NCBI GenBank assembly: GCA_963823335.1
Contig: CAWGLD010000008.1
Coordinates: 1-64,000, forward strand
Length of the DNA: 64,000 nt
Direction of reading: 5' to 3'
Source: an uncultured delta proteobacterium
Lineage (GTDB): Bacteria; Desulfobacterota; Desulfobacteria; Desulfobacterales; B30-G6
In this document: positions 41,733 to 50,436 of the stretch, one piece after another
How the letters are laid out: every line of letters starts with the position of its first letter
How positions within the stretch are numbered: the first letter of the stretch is position 1
Program-made: the position numbers and the translations under genes
The notes under the pieces: model-generated
Databases searched by the model: none
Seen by the model: only the letters and a program-made list of their open reading frames with translations
Told to the model about the DNA's origin: nothing

Positions 41733-41775
41733 GAGCGACATCGTCGCGACAGATAAAATCGTAGCACGATTTTAT
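41733..41775 (-). repeat. two-hairpin repeat family B (also 42715-42760, 43357-43410, 47903-47943, 48156-48201, 53761-53803, 61304-61348, 61697-61742)
   Basis: GCGRC-nnn-GYCGC, 7-nt linker, AAAATCG-n4-6-CGATTTT. Confidence 0.8.
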
Positions 41776-41784
41776 GGAGAGAAC

Positions 41785-42729
41785 GTGCCGCAAACCTTTA
41801 CCAGGGAGATATCCAGAGATGTACTGACCGGTGTGCTGATAACAATGGCCATCATCACCGTGTCCGTGTATATGCCGATCATCGGTTTTTTCTGTTCCCT
41901 GCTTCTCCCGCTCCCGGTTCTGTTCTATCGCTCCAAGCTGGGCCGCAAGACCGGCCTCATTATACCGGGAGCTGCCATGACCATACTGGTGGTTATGGCG
42001 GGGGGTATTTCCATCGATGTGGTTTTCTTTCTGGAAATGCTTTTGCTGGGCTTTTTGCTGAGTGAACTTTTTGAAATGAACCTTTCGGTTGAAAAGACCG
42101 TTCTGTACTCATGCGGGGGGGTCCTGCTGACAGGTGTTGTGGGGCTGGTGCTATACAGCAACATGTCGGCCACCAGTATTTACAGTCTTGTTTCGGCGTA
42201 TATTGCCCAGAATCTTGAAATGACGGTGGCGCTCTACCGCAGCATGGGAGCCTCGGAAGAGTTTATCCGCAAGTTTTCGGTCTCGCTGGACCAGATACAA
42301 TATGGCCTGATTCGTATTATCCCGGCCATGGTGACAGCATCGTTCTTGATGGTAACATGGTCCAACCTGCTCATGGCCCGACCGCTATTAAAACGATGGG
42401 GCCTGTTTTTCCCGGCATTTGGTGCGCTGAACCTGTGGAAAGCCCCTGATTATCTTGTGTGGGTCTTGATCGGCTGTGGTGGGTCTCTCATGCTGCCGGG
42501 CAGCACGCTCAAAATCATCGGCATCAATGTCCTGCTGGTGCTGTTGATGATCTATTTTTTTCAAGGGATTGCCATTGTATCTTTTTTCTTTGAAAAAAAG
42601 CATTTTCCCAGGTTGCTGCGGATTTTTTTCTACAGCCTGATCGCCATTCAGCAGATCATTCTGCTGGTTGTCATCGGCCTGGGTGTTTTCGATATGTGGC
42701 TCAATTTCAGAAAGATAAAATCGCAGTAG
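41785..42729 (+). CDS. DUF2232/YybS membrane protein
   Basis: polytopic; YFFQG, GLGVFDMWLNFRK; position between rpsR and rplI. Confidence 0.9.
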   Translation: MPQTFTREISRDVLTGVLITMAIITVSVYMPIIGFFCSLLLPLPVLFYRSKLGRKTGLIIPGAAMTILVVMAGGISIDVVFFLEMLLLGFLLSELFEMNLSVEKTVLYSCGGVLLTGVVGLVLYSNMSATSIYSLVSAYIAQNLEMTVALYRSMGASEEFIRKFSVSLDQIQYGLIRIIPAMVTASFLMVTWSNLLMARPLLKRWGLFFPAFGALNLWKAPDYLVWVLIGCGGSLMLPGSTLKIIGINVLLVLLMIYFFQGIAIVSFFFEKKHFPRLLRIFFYSLIAIQQIILLVVIGLGVFDMWLNFRKIKSQ

Positions 42730-42916
42730 CGATTTTATCTTAGGCGACGTTGTCGCTTTTGATGCGCAGTAATTTTGTTCTTATAAAGAAATGTAATCAA
42801 TTTTAGTTTGTTCCACGCTATTTTGATCAACGGGTGGTTTTCCTGATAAACAGCCTGGAATAATCAAACATAAAAATAAAAATTGAAAATCAATTTTTAT
42901 TTTTGGAGGTTAGCAC

Positions 42917-43360
42917 ATGAAAGTTATTTTAAAAGAAACCATTGATTCTCTGGGCATTATCGGAAGCGAAGTGAAGGTTGCCAAGGGTTTTGCGCGTAAC
43001 TACCTGCTTCCACAAGAAAAAGCAGTTCTATCCACGCCCCAGAACCGGCGTATGCTGGAACAGCAAAAAGCCAAATTCGATCTGCAGATCGCCAAGGAAA
43101 AGAAGATCGCAGAGGAAATGGCGGCCAGCCTGGAGGGTGTAACCTGTAAAATCGTCGCCAAGGTCAGCGAAGAGGACCGTCTTTACGGCTCTATCACGGT
43201 GCGAGACGTGGTCAAGGCGCTTGCAGATGTGGGCGTTACGGTGGAAAAACGCATGGTTCTCCTGAGCGAACCCATCAAGACCACCGGGACGCACCTGATT
43301 CCCATCCGGGTGTATAAAGAAGTGGAACCGGAAATTACGCTGGAAGTCGTGCCCGAATAG
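42917..43360 (+). CDS. rplI: 50S ribosomal protein L9
   Basis: MKVIL, GFARNYLLP, LYGSIT. Confidence 0.98.
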   Translation: MKVILKETIDSLGIIGSEVKVAKGFARNYLLPQEKAVLSTPQNRRMLEQQKAKFDLQIAKEKKIAEEMAASLEGVTCKIVAKVSEEDRLYGSITVRDVVKALADVGVTVEKRMVLLSEPIKTTGTHLIPIRVYKEVEPEITLEVVPE

Positions 43361-43667
43361 ATATTTCAGGACGCGCCTGACATATCTATTTGACGCGACT
43401 TCGTCGCTTATTTAGCTAGAGGTAATAAGCGGTAAGCTTAAGCTATGTATGGCCTTTTGGCATTATAGCCTTTGGCCGGTAAGCAGATAATCGCTTATAG
43501 CTTAAAGCTTACCGCTTATTGCGTTTTGATTTCTTGATTTCACCTGAACAGGTGTGTTATCTTTCGATCTGAAAACGTCACATAGCGGATCTATCCGGCT
43601 TGTCAACTACCATGGAAGATTCATGATAAAATCGTAAACCGATTTTAGAACGGCACCCAGACCCAGT

Positions 43668-45023
43668 ATGGCCAATAACGCATCCATCCACACCATTCCA
43701 CCCCAGAATCTGGAGGCGGAAGAGTCCCTTCTCAGTGCCGTTATGCTGGACAACAGCACCCTGTACGATGTCCTTGAACGCTTGATTCCGGAAGACTTCT
43801 ATCGCTCGGCGCATCAGAAGATATTTGCGGGCATCATCGATCTCTTTCAAAAAAATGAACCCATCGACCTGGTGACCCTTACCAACCTTCTCAAGGAAAA
43901 GGGGGATCTCGAGGCCATCGGTGGTGCCACCTATCTGGCAAAGCTCGTGGACACGGCACCTGTGGCCGTGAACGCCCAGCACTATGCCAAAATAATCCAC
44001 GACAAATCCTCACTGAGGCAACTGATACAAAAGGCCAACGCCATCTCCAAGCGCTGCTACGAAGACCGGGGCGATGTGGAAGACATGATCGACTTTGCCG
44101 AGAAGGCTGTTTTTGAAATATCCGGCAACGAAAACCGGCAGTCTTTCTACTCCCTGTCATCCCTGGTCCAGAAAAATATCGACGCCCTCGAGGAACGGCA
44201 AGGCAACAAATCACTCATTACCGGTGTACCCACCGGCTACAGCCGTCTCGACAACCTCACATCCGGGCTCCAGAATTCGGATCTTGTCATTCTGGCCGGG
44301 CGGCCCAGCATGGGAAAAACCGCCCTGGCCCTTAACATCGCCAGGAATGTTGCCGTGGACGCCAATATACCCGTGGCGGTATTCTCCATCGAAATGTCAC
44401 GGGAACAGCTGTCCATGCGTCTGCTGTGCTCGGAGGCGCGTATCGACTCATCCCGCCTGCGCAGCGGCTTCTTCAGCAGGGAGGACTGGGTCAACCTGAC
44501 CAGCGCTGCCGAAGTTCTTTCCGAAGCCCCCGTTTATATCGATGATTCGCCCGACATATCCGCCATGGGCATACGCGCCAAAGCCCGGCGGCTCAAAATG
44601 GACAAGAACATCGGCCTCATTATCATTGATTACCTGCAACTCATGAAGTCGAGCTCATCGTCTGAAAGAAGAGACCTCGAAATATCGGAAATGTCCAGAA
44701 GCCTGAAGGCGCTTGCCAAGGAACTGAACATCCCGGTCATGGCCCTGTCCCAGTTAAACCGGAAACTCGAGGAGCGCCAGGACAAAAGGCCCCAACTGTC
44801 AGATCTCAGGGAGTCCGGAGCCCTGGAACAGGATGCCGATGTGGTGGCATTCATCTACCGGGACGAAGTCTACAACCGGGATGAAAACAACCCCAGCAAA
44901 GGGACGGCAGAGTTATTGCTCAAAAAACAGCGCAACGGCCCCACCGGCGAGATCAAACTGGCATTTTTGAACACCTACACGCGCTTTGAAAACCTGGCGG
45001 AGGATAAGTACATCAAGCAGTAA
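43668..45023 (+). CDS. dnaB: replicative DNA helicase
   Basis: GRPSMGKT, IDYLQL, LSQLNR, DLRESGALEQDAD, KQRNGP. Confidence 0.98.
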   Translation: MANNASIHTIPPQNLEAEESLLSAVMLDNSTLYDVLERLIPEDFYRSAHQKIFAGIIDLFQKNEPIDLVTLTNLLKEKGDLEAIGGATYLAKLVDTAPVAVNAQHYAKIIHDKSSLRQLIQKANAISKRCYEDRGDVEDMIDFAEKAVFEISGNENRQSFYSLSSLVQKNIDALEERQGNKSLITGVPTGYSRLDNLTSGLQNSDLVILAGRPSMGKTALALNIARNVAVDANIPVAVFSIEMSREQLSMRLLCSEARIDSSRLRSGFFSREDWVNLTSAAEVLSEAPVYIDDSPDISAMGIRAKARRLKMDKNIGLIIIDYLQLMKSSSSSERRDLEISEMSRSLKALAKELNIPVMALSQLNRKLEERQDKRPQLSDLRESGALEQDADVVAFIYRDEVYNRDENNPSKGTAELLLKKQRNGPTGEIKLAFLNTYTRFENLAEDKYIKQ

Positions 45024-45127
45024 GCGATAAGCTGTAAGCTGCTTATGGCTCACAGCTTACAGCTAAAGAGTAACCACATGTCTCCCATTCCCCAACAAAT
45101 TTTGAAAACCATCCCATCGTATGCCAT

Positions 45128-46750
45128 ATGAAAAAGATAATTGGTAACACCAAAGGGCTCAAGACCAGCCAGATACACATGATAGAAAACCTCTATCGCC
45201 GAAAAATTCCACCGGAATTCATTATCACGCCGGAACTGGCCCGGGACATCAGCCGCCTGTCCCTCGACATCAATCGACAGATCGGGCTTCTCATCGATCG
45301 CAAGGGCAGAATTCCCTACGTGATTGTGGGCAATCACAATGAAATCGTGATTCCCGACACGCCTGAATACCGATCCGCACCCGGACGCCTGCGGGGTATC
45401 CGCTGCGTTCACACGCATCTGGATAGCGAACCATTGACCACCGACGACATAACAGACCTTGCCCTGCTGCGTCTTGATCTTATGGCAGTGATACAAGTCG
45501 GTAGAGACGGTCTCCCAAAACAGGTTCTCATGAGCCACATCCTGCCTGAAAATGCAGGTGAACCCACCACAATTCCTGTACCCTTGGCTCCCGGAAAGAC
45601 GGATATCGGATGTGTGCAGCTGATTCAGTCTATCGAGGAAGAGCTTTCCGGCATCACCCCCCTGCGCGCAGGGGGCAAGCATGCAGATCGGGCCCTTCTC
45701 ATCAGCGTCTCCACAGCGTCCAAACAGGATGCCAGCGATTCTCTGGACGAACTTTTGGAACTGGTGTCCTCGAGCGGTATCCAGACCGTTGGCAGTATCC
45801 TGCAGCATCGTCGGAAAATAGACAGTCGCTTTTTGATAGGATCGGGAAAACTGAAAAGTCTTGTTATTACGGCCCTCCAGAAAGGCGCCACACTGCTTGT
45901 TTTCGATCAGGAGCTCAATCCGTCTCAAATCCGCTCCATTACCGACCAGGTTGATATCAAAGTCATCGATCGAACCCAGCTGATCCTCGACATTTTTGCA
46001 CAGAGAGCCCAGACCCGTGAGGGCAAGCTCCAGGTGGAGCTGGCCCAGCTCAAATACCTGCTGCCGAGACTGATTACCAAAAATACAGCCATGTCACGCC
46101 TGACCGGTGGTATCGGCGGGAGAGGTCCCGGCGAAACAAAACTGGAAATCAACCGCAGACGCACACGGGACAAAATCGTTCAGTTGGAAAACTCCCTGCT
46201 GAAAGTCAGAAAACAACGGCAGCAGCAAAAAGCCAAACGCGCCAAGAAGGCCCTGCCGATCATTTCCATCATCGGCTACACCAACGCCGGGAAATCTACC
46301 CTTCTCAATACCCTCACGCACAGTCATGTCCTGGCGGAGAAACGACTTTTTGCCACCCTGGACCCATCCAGCCGGCGTCTCAGATTTCCCCGGGACACCG
46401 AGGTTATCATCACCGACACGGTGGGATTCATCAAAAACCTGCCTGAAGACCTGCTGGTCGCTTTCAGAGCCACCCTGGAAGAGCTCGAGAGTGCCGACAT
46501 CCTGCTGCACGTAATCGACATGAGCAACCCCCGGCACCCGGAACAGATTGAATCCGTGGAAAATCTCCTGGCAGACCTGACGTTGCAGCAGATCCCCATG
46601 ATACGGGTGCTGAACAAACAGGACCTGGTGCCTGTGCAGGAACGGAATCGATTATGCCGGATATACGACGGTCTTTCTGTTTCTGCCCGGGAAGCCGCCA
46701 GCCTGAGACCATTGATCGACAAGCTCGAGGGGATGATGGAAAGGGCTTGA
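45128..46750 (+). CDS. hflX: GTPase HflX (long N-terminus)
   Basis: GPGETKLE, GYTNAGKST, LFATLD, DTVGFI, NKQD. Confidence 0.97.
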   Translation: MKKIIGNTKGLKTSQIHMIENLYRRKIPPEFIITPELARDISRLSLDINRQIGLLIDRKGRIPYVIVGNHNEIVIPDTPEYRSAPGRLRGIRCVHTHLDSEPLTTDDITDLALLRLDLMAVIQVGRDGLPKQVLMSHILPENAGEPTTIPVPLAPGKTDIGCVQLIQSIEEELSGITPLRAGGKHADRALLISVSTASKQDASDSLDELLELVSSSGIQTVGSILQHRRKIDSRFLIGSGKLKSLVITALQKGATLLVFDQELNPSQIRSITDQVDIKVIDRTQLILDIFAQRAQTREGKLQVELAQLKYLLPRLITKNTAMSRLTGGIGGRGPGETKLEINRRRTRDKIVQLENSLLKVRKQRQQQKAKRAKKALPIISIIGYTNAGKSTLLNTLTHSHVLAEKRLFATLDPSSRRLRFPRDTEVIITDTVGFIKNLPEDLLVAFRATLEELESADILLHVIDMSNPRHPEQIESVENLLADLTLQQIPMIRVLNKQDLVPVQERNRLCRIYDGLSVSAREAASLRPLIDKLEGMMERA

Positions 46751-47050
46751 GGGTTGAGAGGGTGGAGGGTGGAGGGGTGGAGGGTTGAAGGGTTGGAGGG
46801 GTGAAGGGGTGGAGGGTTGGAGGGTTGAAGGGGTGGAGGGGGAAGGGGTGAAGGGTGAGGGGGTCTTTTAGCTTATGACCCATGGCAAGCGACAGGATAG
46901 CTAACATGCGCTGACAGAAAAAAATGCAGTTCACGAGTATTTCCAGCATATGGCCGAAGACTCTGAACTAAGGGCTTACCCTCCGACCCTCCAACCCTCC
47001 AACCCTTGTATCACCCTCCAACCCTCCGACCCTCTCTCCAACCCTCCTTC
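46743..47050. repeat. inverted 8-mer arrays (GGAGGGTT-type then AACCCTCC-type) around a ~115-nt core
   Basis: G-rich tract 46743-46863, C-rich tract 46978-47050. Confidence 0.85.
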
Positions 47051-47093
47051 CCAAAAGCCCCCATGAAATATTTCCACCCAAGAAAAAATGTGG

Positions 47094-47121
47094 TTGACAT
47101 CCTCCTCAGATCACCTATAAC
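47094..47121 (+). promoter_or_regulatory. sigma70-type promoter of suhB
   Basis: TTGACA-16 nt-TATAAC. Confidence 0.6.
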
Positions 47122-47131
47122 GGTCTCACCT

Positions 47132-47905
47132 ATGGAAATGGACTACATCAAACGCATCGGTATCAAGGCGGCCTTTGAAAGCGGCAAGATCTTGAAATCT
47201 TATTTCGGCAACATTTCCGATGTCCGCAAAAAAGGTCTCGTGGATCTTGTCACCGAGGCCGATACCGCATCGGAAAAGATCATCATCGAAATTATACGTA
47301 AAACCTTTCCCGAACACTCGATCCTGGCAGAGGAAAGCGGTCTGAATCAGAAAGACGTGGATCACCAGTGGATCATAGACCCCCTGGACGGTACAGTCAA
47401 TTTTGCCCACCAGCTGCCGATTTTTTCGATTTCAATTGCCTATGCATTCAAGGGAACACCGGTCATGGGGATCGTCCTCAATCCGGTCACAGGAGAACTT
47501 TTCTCGGCCGTTGCCGGTGAAGGAGCCTTCCTGAATAACCGTCGCATACAGGTTTCCAGCACCCGGGTCATGCAAGAAAGCCTGCTTGCCACGGGTTTCC
47601 CCTATGATCTCTTGTCGATATTCGATACCATCACAGGCCGGCTGGAAAAATGTCTGAGAGCTGCTCAGGGTATCCGCAGACTGGGATCCGCTGCTATCGA
47701 TATCTGCGCCTTGGCATGTGGTCGTTTCGATGGTTTTTGGGAACAGAATCTCCACCCGTGGGATACGGCTGCAGCCGTGCTGATCGCGTCAGAAGCGGGA
47801 GCGGTCGTGACCGATTTCGCCAACAATCCATTTACCATCGACAAAAAGGAAATCCTGGCCACCAACGGAAAGATACATGCTGAGATGTTGTCATTACTCA
47901 ACTAA
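47132..47905 (+). CDS. suhB: inositol monophosphatase family protein
   Basis: DLVTEAD, EES, WIIDPLDGTVNF, RRLGSAA, WDTAA. Confidence 0.95.
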   Translation: MEMDYIKRIGIKAAFESGKILKSYFGNISDVRKKGLVDLVTEADTASEKIIIEIIRKTFPEHSILAEESGLNQKDVDHQWIIDPLDGTVNFAHQLPIFSISIAYAFKGTPVMGIVLNPVTGELFSAVAGEGAFLNNRRIQVSSTRVMQESLLATGFPYDLLSIFDTITGRLEKCLRAAQGIRRLGSAAIDICALACGRFDGFWEQNLHPWDTAAAVLIASEAGAVVTDFANNPFTIDKKEILATNGKIHAEMLSLLN

Positions 47906-47962
47906 ATTCGTTCACGAATTTCGTTGATGCGACAATGCCGCTTACAAGAACGAAAGGTTAAA

Positions 47963-48157
47963 ATGGAAAAAATAATTACGGAAACAGAGTTGCTGGACGA
48001 TCAGGTGGGATGTATTGGTGATTACGATGCCGCCGATGATGTTTGTGCTAAATGTGCACTGAAGCTGCGCTGTCTGATCGAATACCACCAGAATGTACGT
48101 ATGGAATTCATCGAGGACATCGTTGCATCCAACAGCACGTTCATCAAGATCCAATAA
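47963..48157 (+). CDS. small 4-Cys hypothetical protein
   Basis: GAAAGG RBS; GCIGDY...VCAKCALKLRC. Confidence 0.7.
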   Translation: MEKIITETELLDDQVGCIGDYDAADDVCAKCALKLRCLIEYHQNVRMEFIEDIVASNSTFIKIQ

Positions 48158-48215
48158 TAAAAGTGCGACGCACTTTTATCTGACGCGGCGTTGCCGCTTT
48201 TGACATATAAAAACC

Positions 48216-48248
48216 AAAACCCCGACGGAATCCGTTGGGGTTTTTTTT
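48216..48248 (+). terminator. intrinsic terminator
   Basis: AAAACCCCGACGGA-A-TCCGTTGGGG then T8. Confidence 0.8.
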
Positions 48249-48275
48249 ACTAACATATCGCTCAGCAATATTAAT

Positions 48276-48428
48276 TACCCCACGTTTCTCATCGGTTTGA
48301 TGCGTTCATTTGGAAGGCATCCGAGGTGAAGCCGTATAAGCATACTGCGATGCTCGGATAACACACCAAATGGGCGCATCAAACTGACCCGAAGGGTGAA
48401 AATACATTTTCATGAGAAATGTGGGTTA
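48276..48428. mobile_element. MITE-like element at the dnaA stop codon
   Basis: TIR TACCCCACGTTTCTCAT / ATGAGAAATGTGGGTTA; inner TTTGATGCGTTCATTTGG / CCAAATGGGCGCATCAAA stem. Confidence 0.75.
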
Positions 48429-49769
48429 GAAGTCGCCCGACTCGAGCTTCTTGCTGAGAATCTTCACATGCTGCTTGAGGGGGGCGTTCTGCTTTAACTC
48501 GCGTTCAACACATCCGATGGCGTGCAGCGCGGTGGCGTGATAACGGTTGAAACTCTTTCCGATGGCCTGCAAGGGCTGGTCCGTGTAGCGTCTGGCAAGA
48601 TAAATGGCCACCTGCCTCGGTTTGAGAACACGCTGTTTTCGCGACCGGGACACCAGATCATTCTGGTCCACCTTATACTGTTCACAAACGAGTTTTTTGA
48701 TGACCGCCACGGTAATGGTTTTGCGCTGTCGAACAATATTCTTGACCACACTCTCTGCCAGGTTCAAATCGATACCCATGCCCAGCAACGATGATTTAGC
48801 CACCACACCGATGAGACCGCTTTCCAGCTGCCGGACGTTCTCGGCCAGCACATCTGCCAGATAGTGCAAAACTTCCAGGGGTATTTTACAGCCGTTTGCT
48901 GCCGATTTTTTCTTGAGAATCTTCACCCGTGTCTTGTATTCCGGGGTTTCTATATTAGAAATGAGGCCGTAACCAAGCCGGGAGCGCAATTTTTCATCCA
49001 GCTTCGGTATGTCACCCGGCAGGTAACAGCTCGAAAATATAATTTTTTTATCCGCTTCAAACAGCGTGTCCAAAACCAGCGCCAGCTCCTGTTGGGTCCT
49101 GCCCTTGCCGCTCAGGTAGTGAACGTCCTCCATTAGTAAAACATCACACTGATTCTGGTACTTCTCTTTGAATTTTCCAATGGAGTTGTTTTGAAATGAG
49201 TAGGTCATCTCATTGGTGAAATCCTCGGCAGTGATATAAAACACCCTCTCCTTGGGAAATTGTGACAGGATATGATGCCCCACAGCCTGGGAAAGATGGC
49301 TTTTCCCATTGCCGGTCTTGGACAGAAGAAACACGGAGTTCTGTTGGCTCGATTTCTTGGATGCCAGAGAAAGCGCTGCTGAATAGGCCAAACCATTATT
49401 CTTTCCAACGACAAACTGGTCAAAGGTAAAGTTCTCCCGCAGCATTCGGCCACTGTATGTTTTCGAATGGATGCTTGGAAGCAGCATCTGGTGTTGCGCC
49501 GGCAATGCGCCTGCCAAGGCTCTTTTGGCCTGTTTGTGCACATCCAGAAAGACTTTGCACGACTTTCCCAGTACGCGGTTCATTTCGGTTTCCATCAAAC
49601 CCACATAGTTAGTGAGAATCCGTTTTCGATAAAACTGGTTAGGGCAGGACAGAAACAGGCCCTCTTCGGTAGATTTGTCGAATTCGATGGGTTCGATCCA
49701 CATGTTATAACAATGATCGGGAATTTGTTCCTTGATGGCAGATTTTATCTCGTTCCAGACAGCTTCCAT
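48426..49769 (-). CDS. dnaA: DnaA-family replication initiator (divergent, probably a paralog)
   Basis: FTFDQFVVG, TGNGKSHL, RLxxG, NVRQLE, RQVAIYL. Confidence 0.9.
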   Translation of the reverse strand: MEAVWNEIKSAIKEQIPDHCYNMWIEPIEFDKSTEEGLFLSCPNQFYRKRILTNYVGLMETEMNRVLGKSCKVFLDVHKQAKRALAGALPAQHQMLLPSIHSKTYSGRMLRENFTFDQFVVGKNNGLAYSAALSLASKKSSQQNSVFLLSKTGNGKSHLSQAVGHHILSQFPKERVFYITAEDFTNEMTYSFQNNSIGKFKEKYQNQCDVLLMEDVHYLSGKGRTQQELALVLDTLFEADKKIIFSSCYLPGDIPKLDEKLRSRLGYGLISNIETPEYKTRVKILKKKSAANGCKIPLEVLHYLADVLAENVRQLESGLIGVVAKSSLLGMGIDLNLAESVVKNIVRQRKTITVAVIKKLVCEQYKVDQNDLVSRSRKQRVLKPRQVAIYLARRYTDQPLQAIGKSFNRYHATALHAIGCVERELKQNAPLKQHVKILSKKLESGDF

Positions 49770-50436
49770 AAATACCAGTTTTCCAGCAGATTCGCTTGTG
49801 TAATATATTGATTTGTTCAGGGATTAATAAAAAAGATAAATCAACGAAATTAATCTTATTTTTGAATTAATACCGAATAAGATCGATATCATCAATCGTT
49901 GAATGTTTTTTAAGGTACCGCGCAGCGATTGTCAAACCGAATGAAGGCGAATCGCATAATAGCCTTACCAGAAAATTTTTTTAGATTATATCTATTTGAT
50001 ATTAAAATATATTATGATATAGAGCCTGTCAGTTCCCTGATCTATGGCGCTTTGTATTTGCAATATTTCTTTAAGTATTTTAGGCATATCCGGAGTTATG
50101 AACAATTCTTCAACAATCCTGATTACTCCTATTTACATTTAATATCTTCTATTTTCTCTTATTTTTAAATTAATTTTCGCCCGAATTTCAGCACCGGAAA
50201 ACCGTTTGACACCTACCGGACAAAAGCTCAATCATTTCATGGCGCTATCAAAATATATGCATTTTAGGAAATTATAAGGTGTAACTTCGTCACTTTTTTG
50301 GGCCTCATTTTTTCATTATTTTGATGGCCAAGCAATCTGTTTCCGCCTGTTTTCAGGCCTATGATTTTGTCGGCGAATCTAGTATAGATAAATTCGTTTT
50401 ACAAATTTATATGAAAACACAATTTCAAAACAGCTT

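Noticed and set aside
45050-45928. Long antisense ORFs (also 27318-27917, 40832-41230, 46464-46949)
   Set aside because: Shadows of well-supported genes or of low-complexity repeats
49770-50436. oriC
   Set aside because: AT-rich, but no clear DnaA-box cluster and no dnaN/gyrB context
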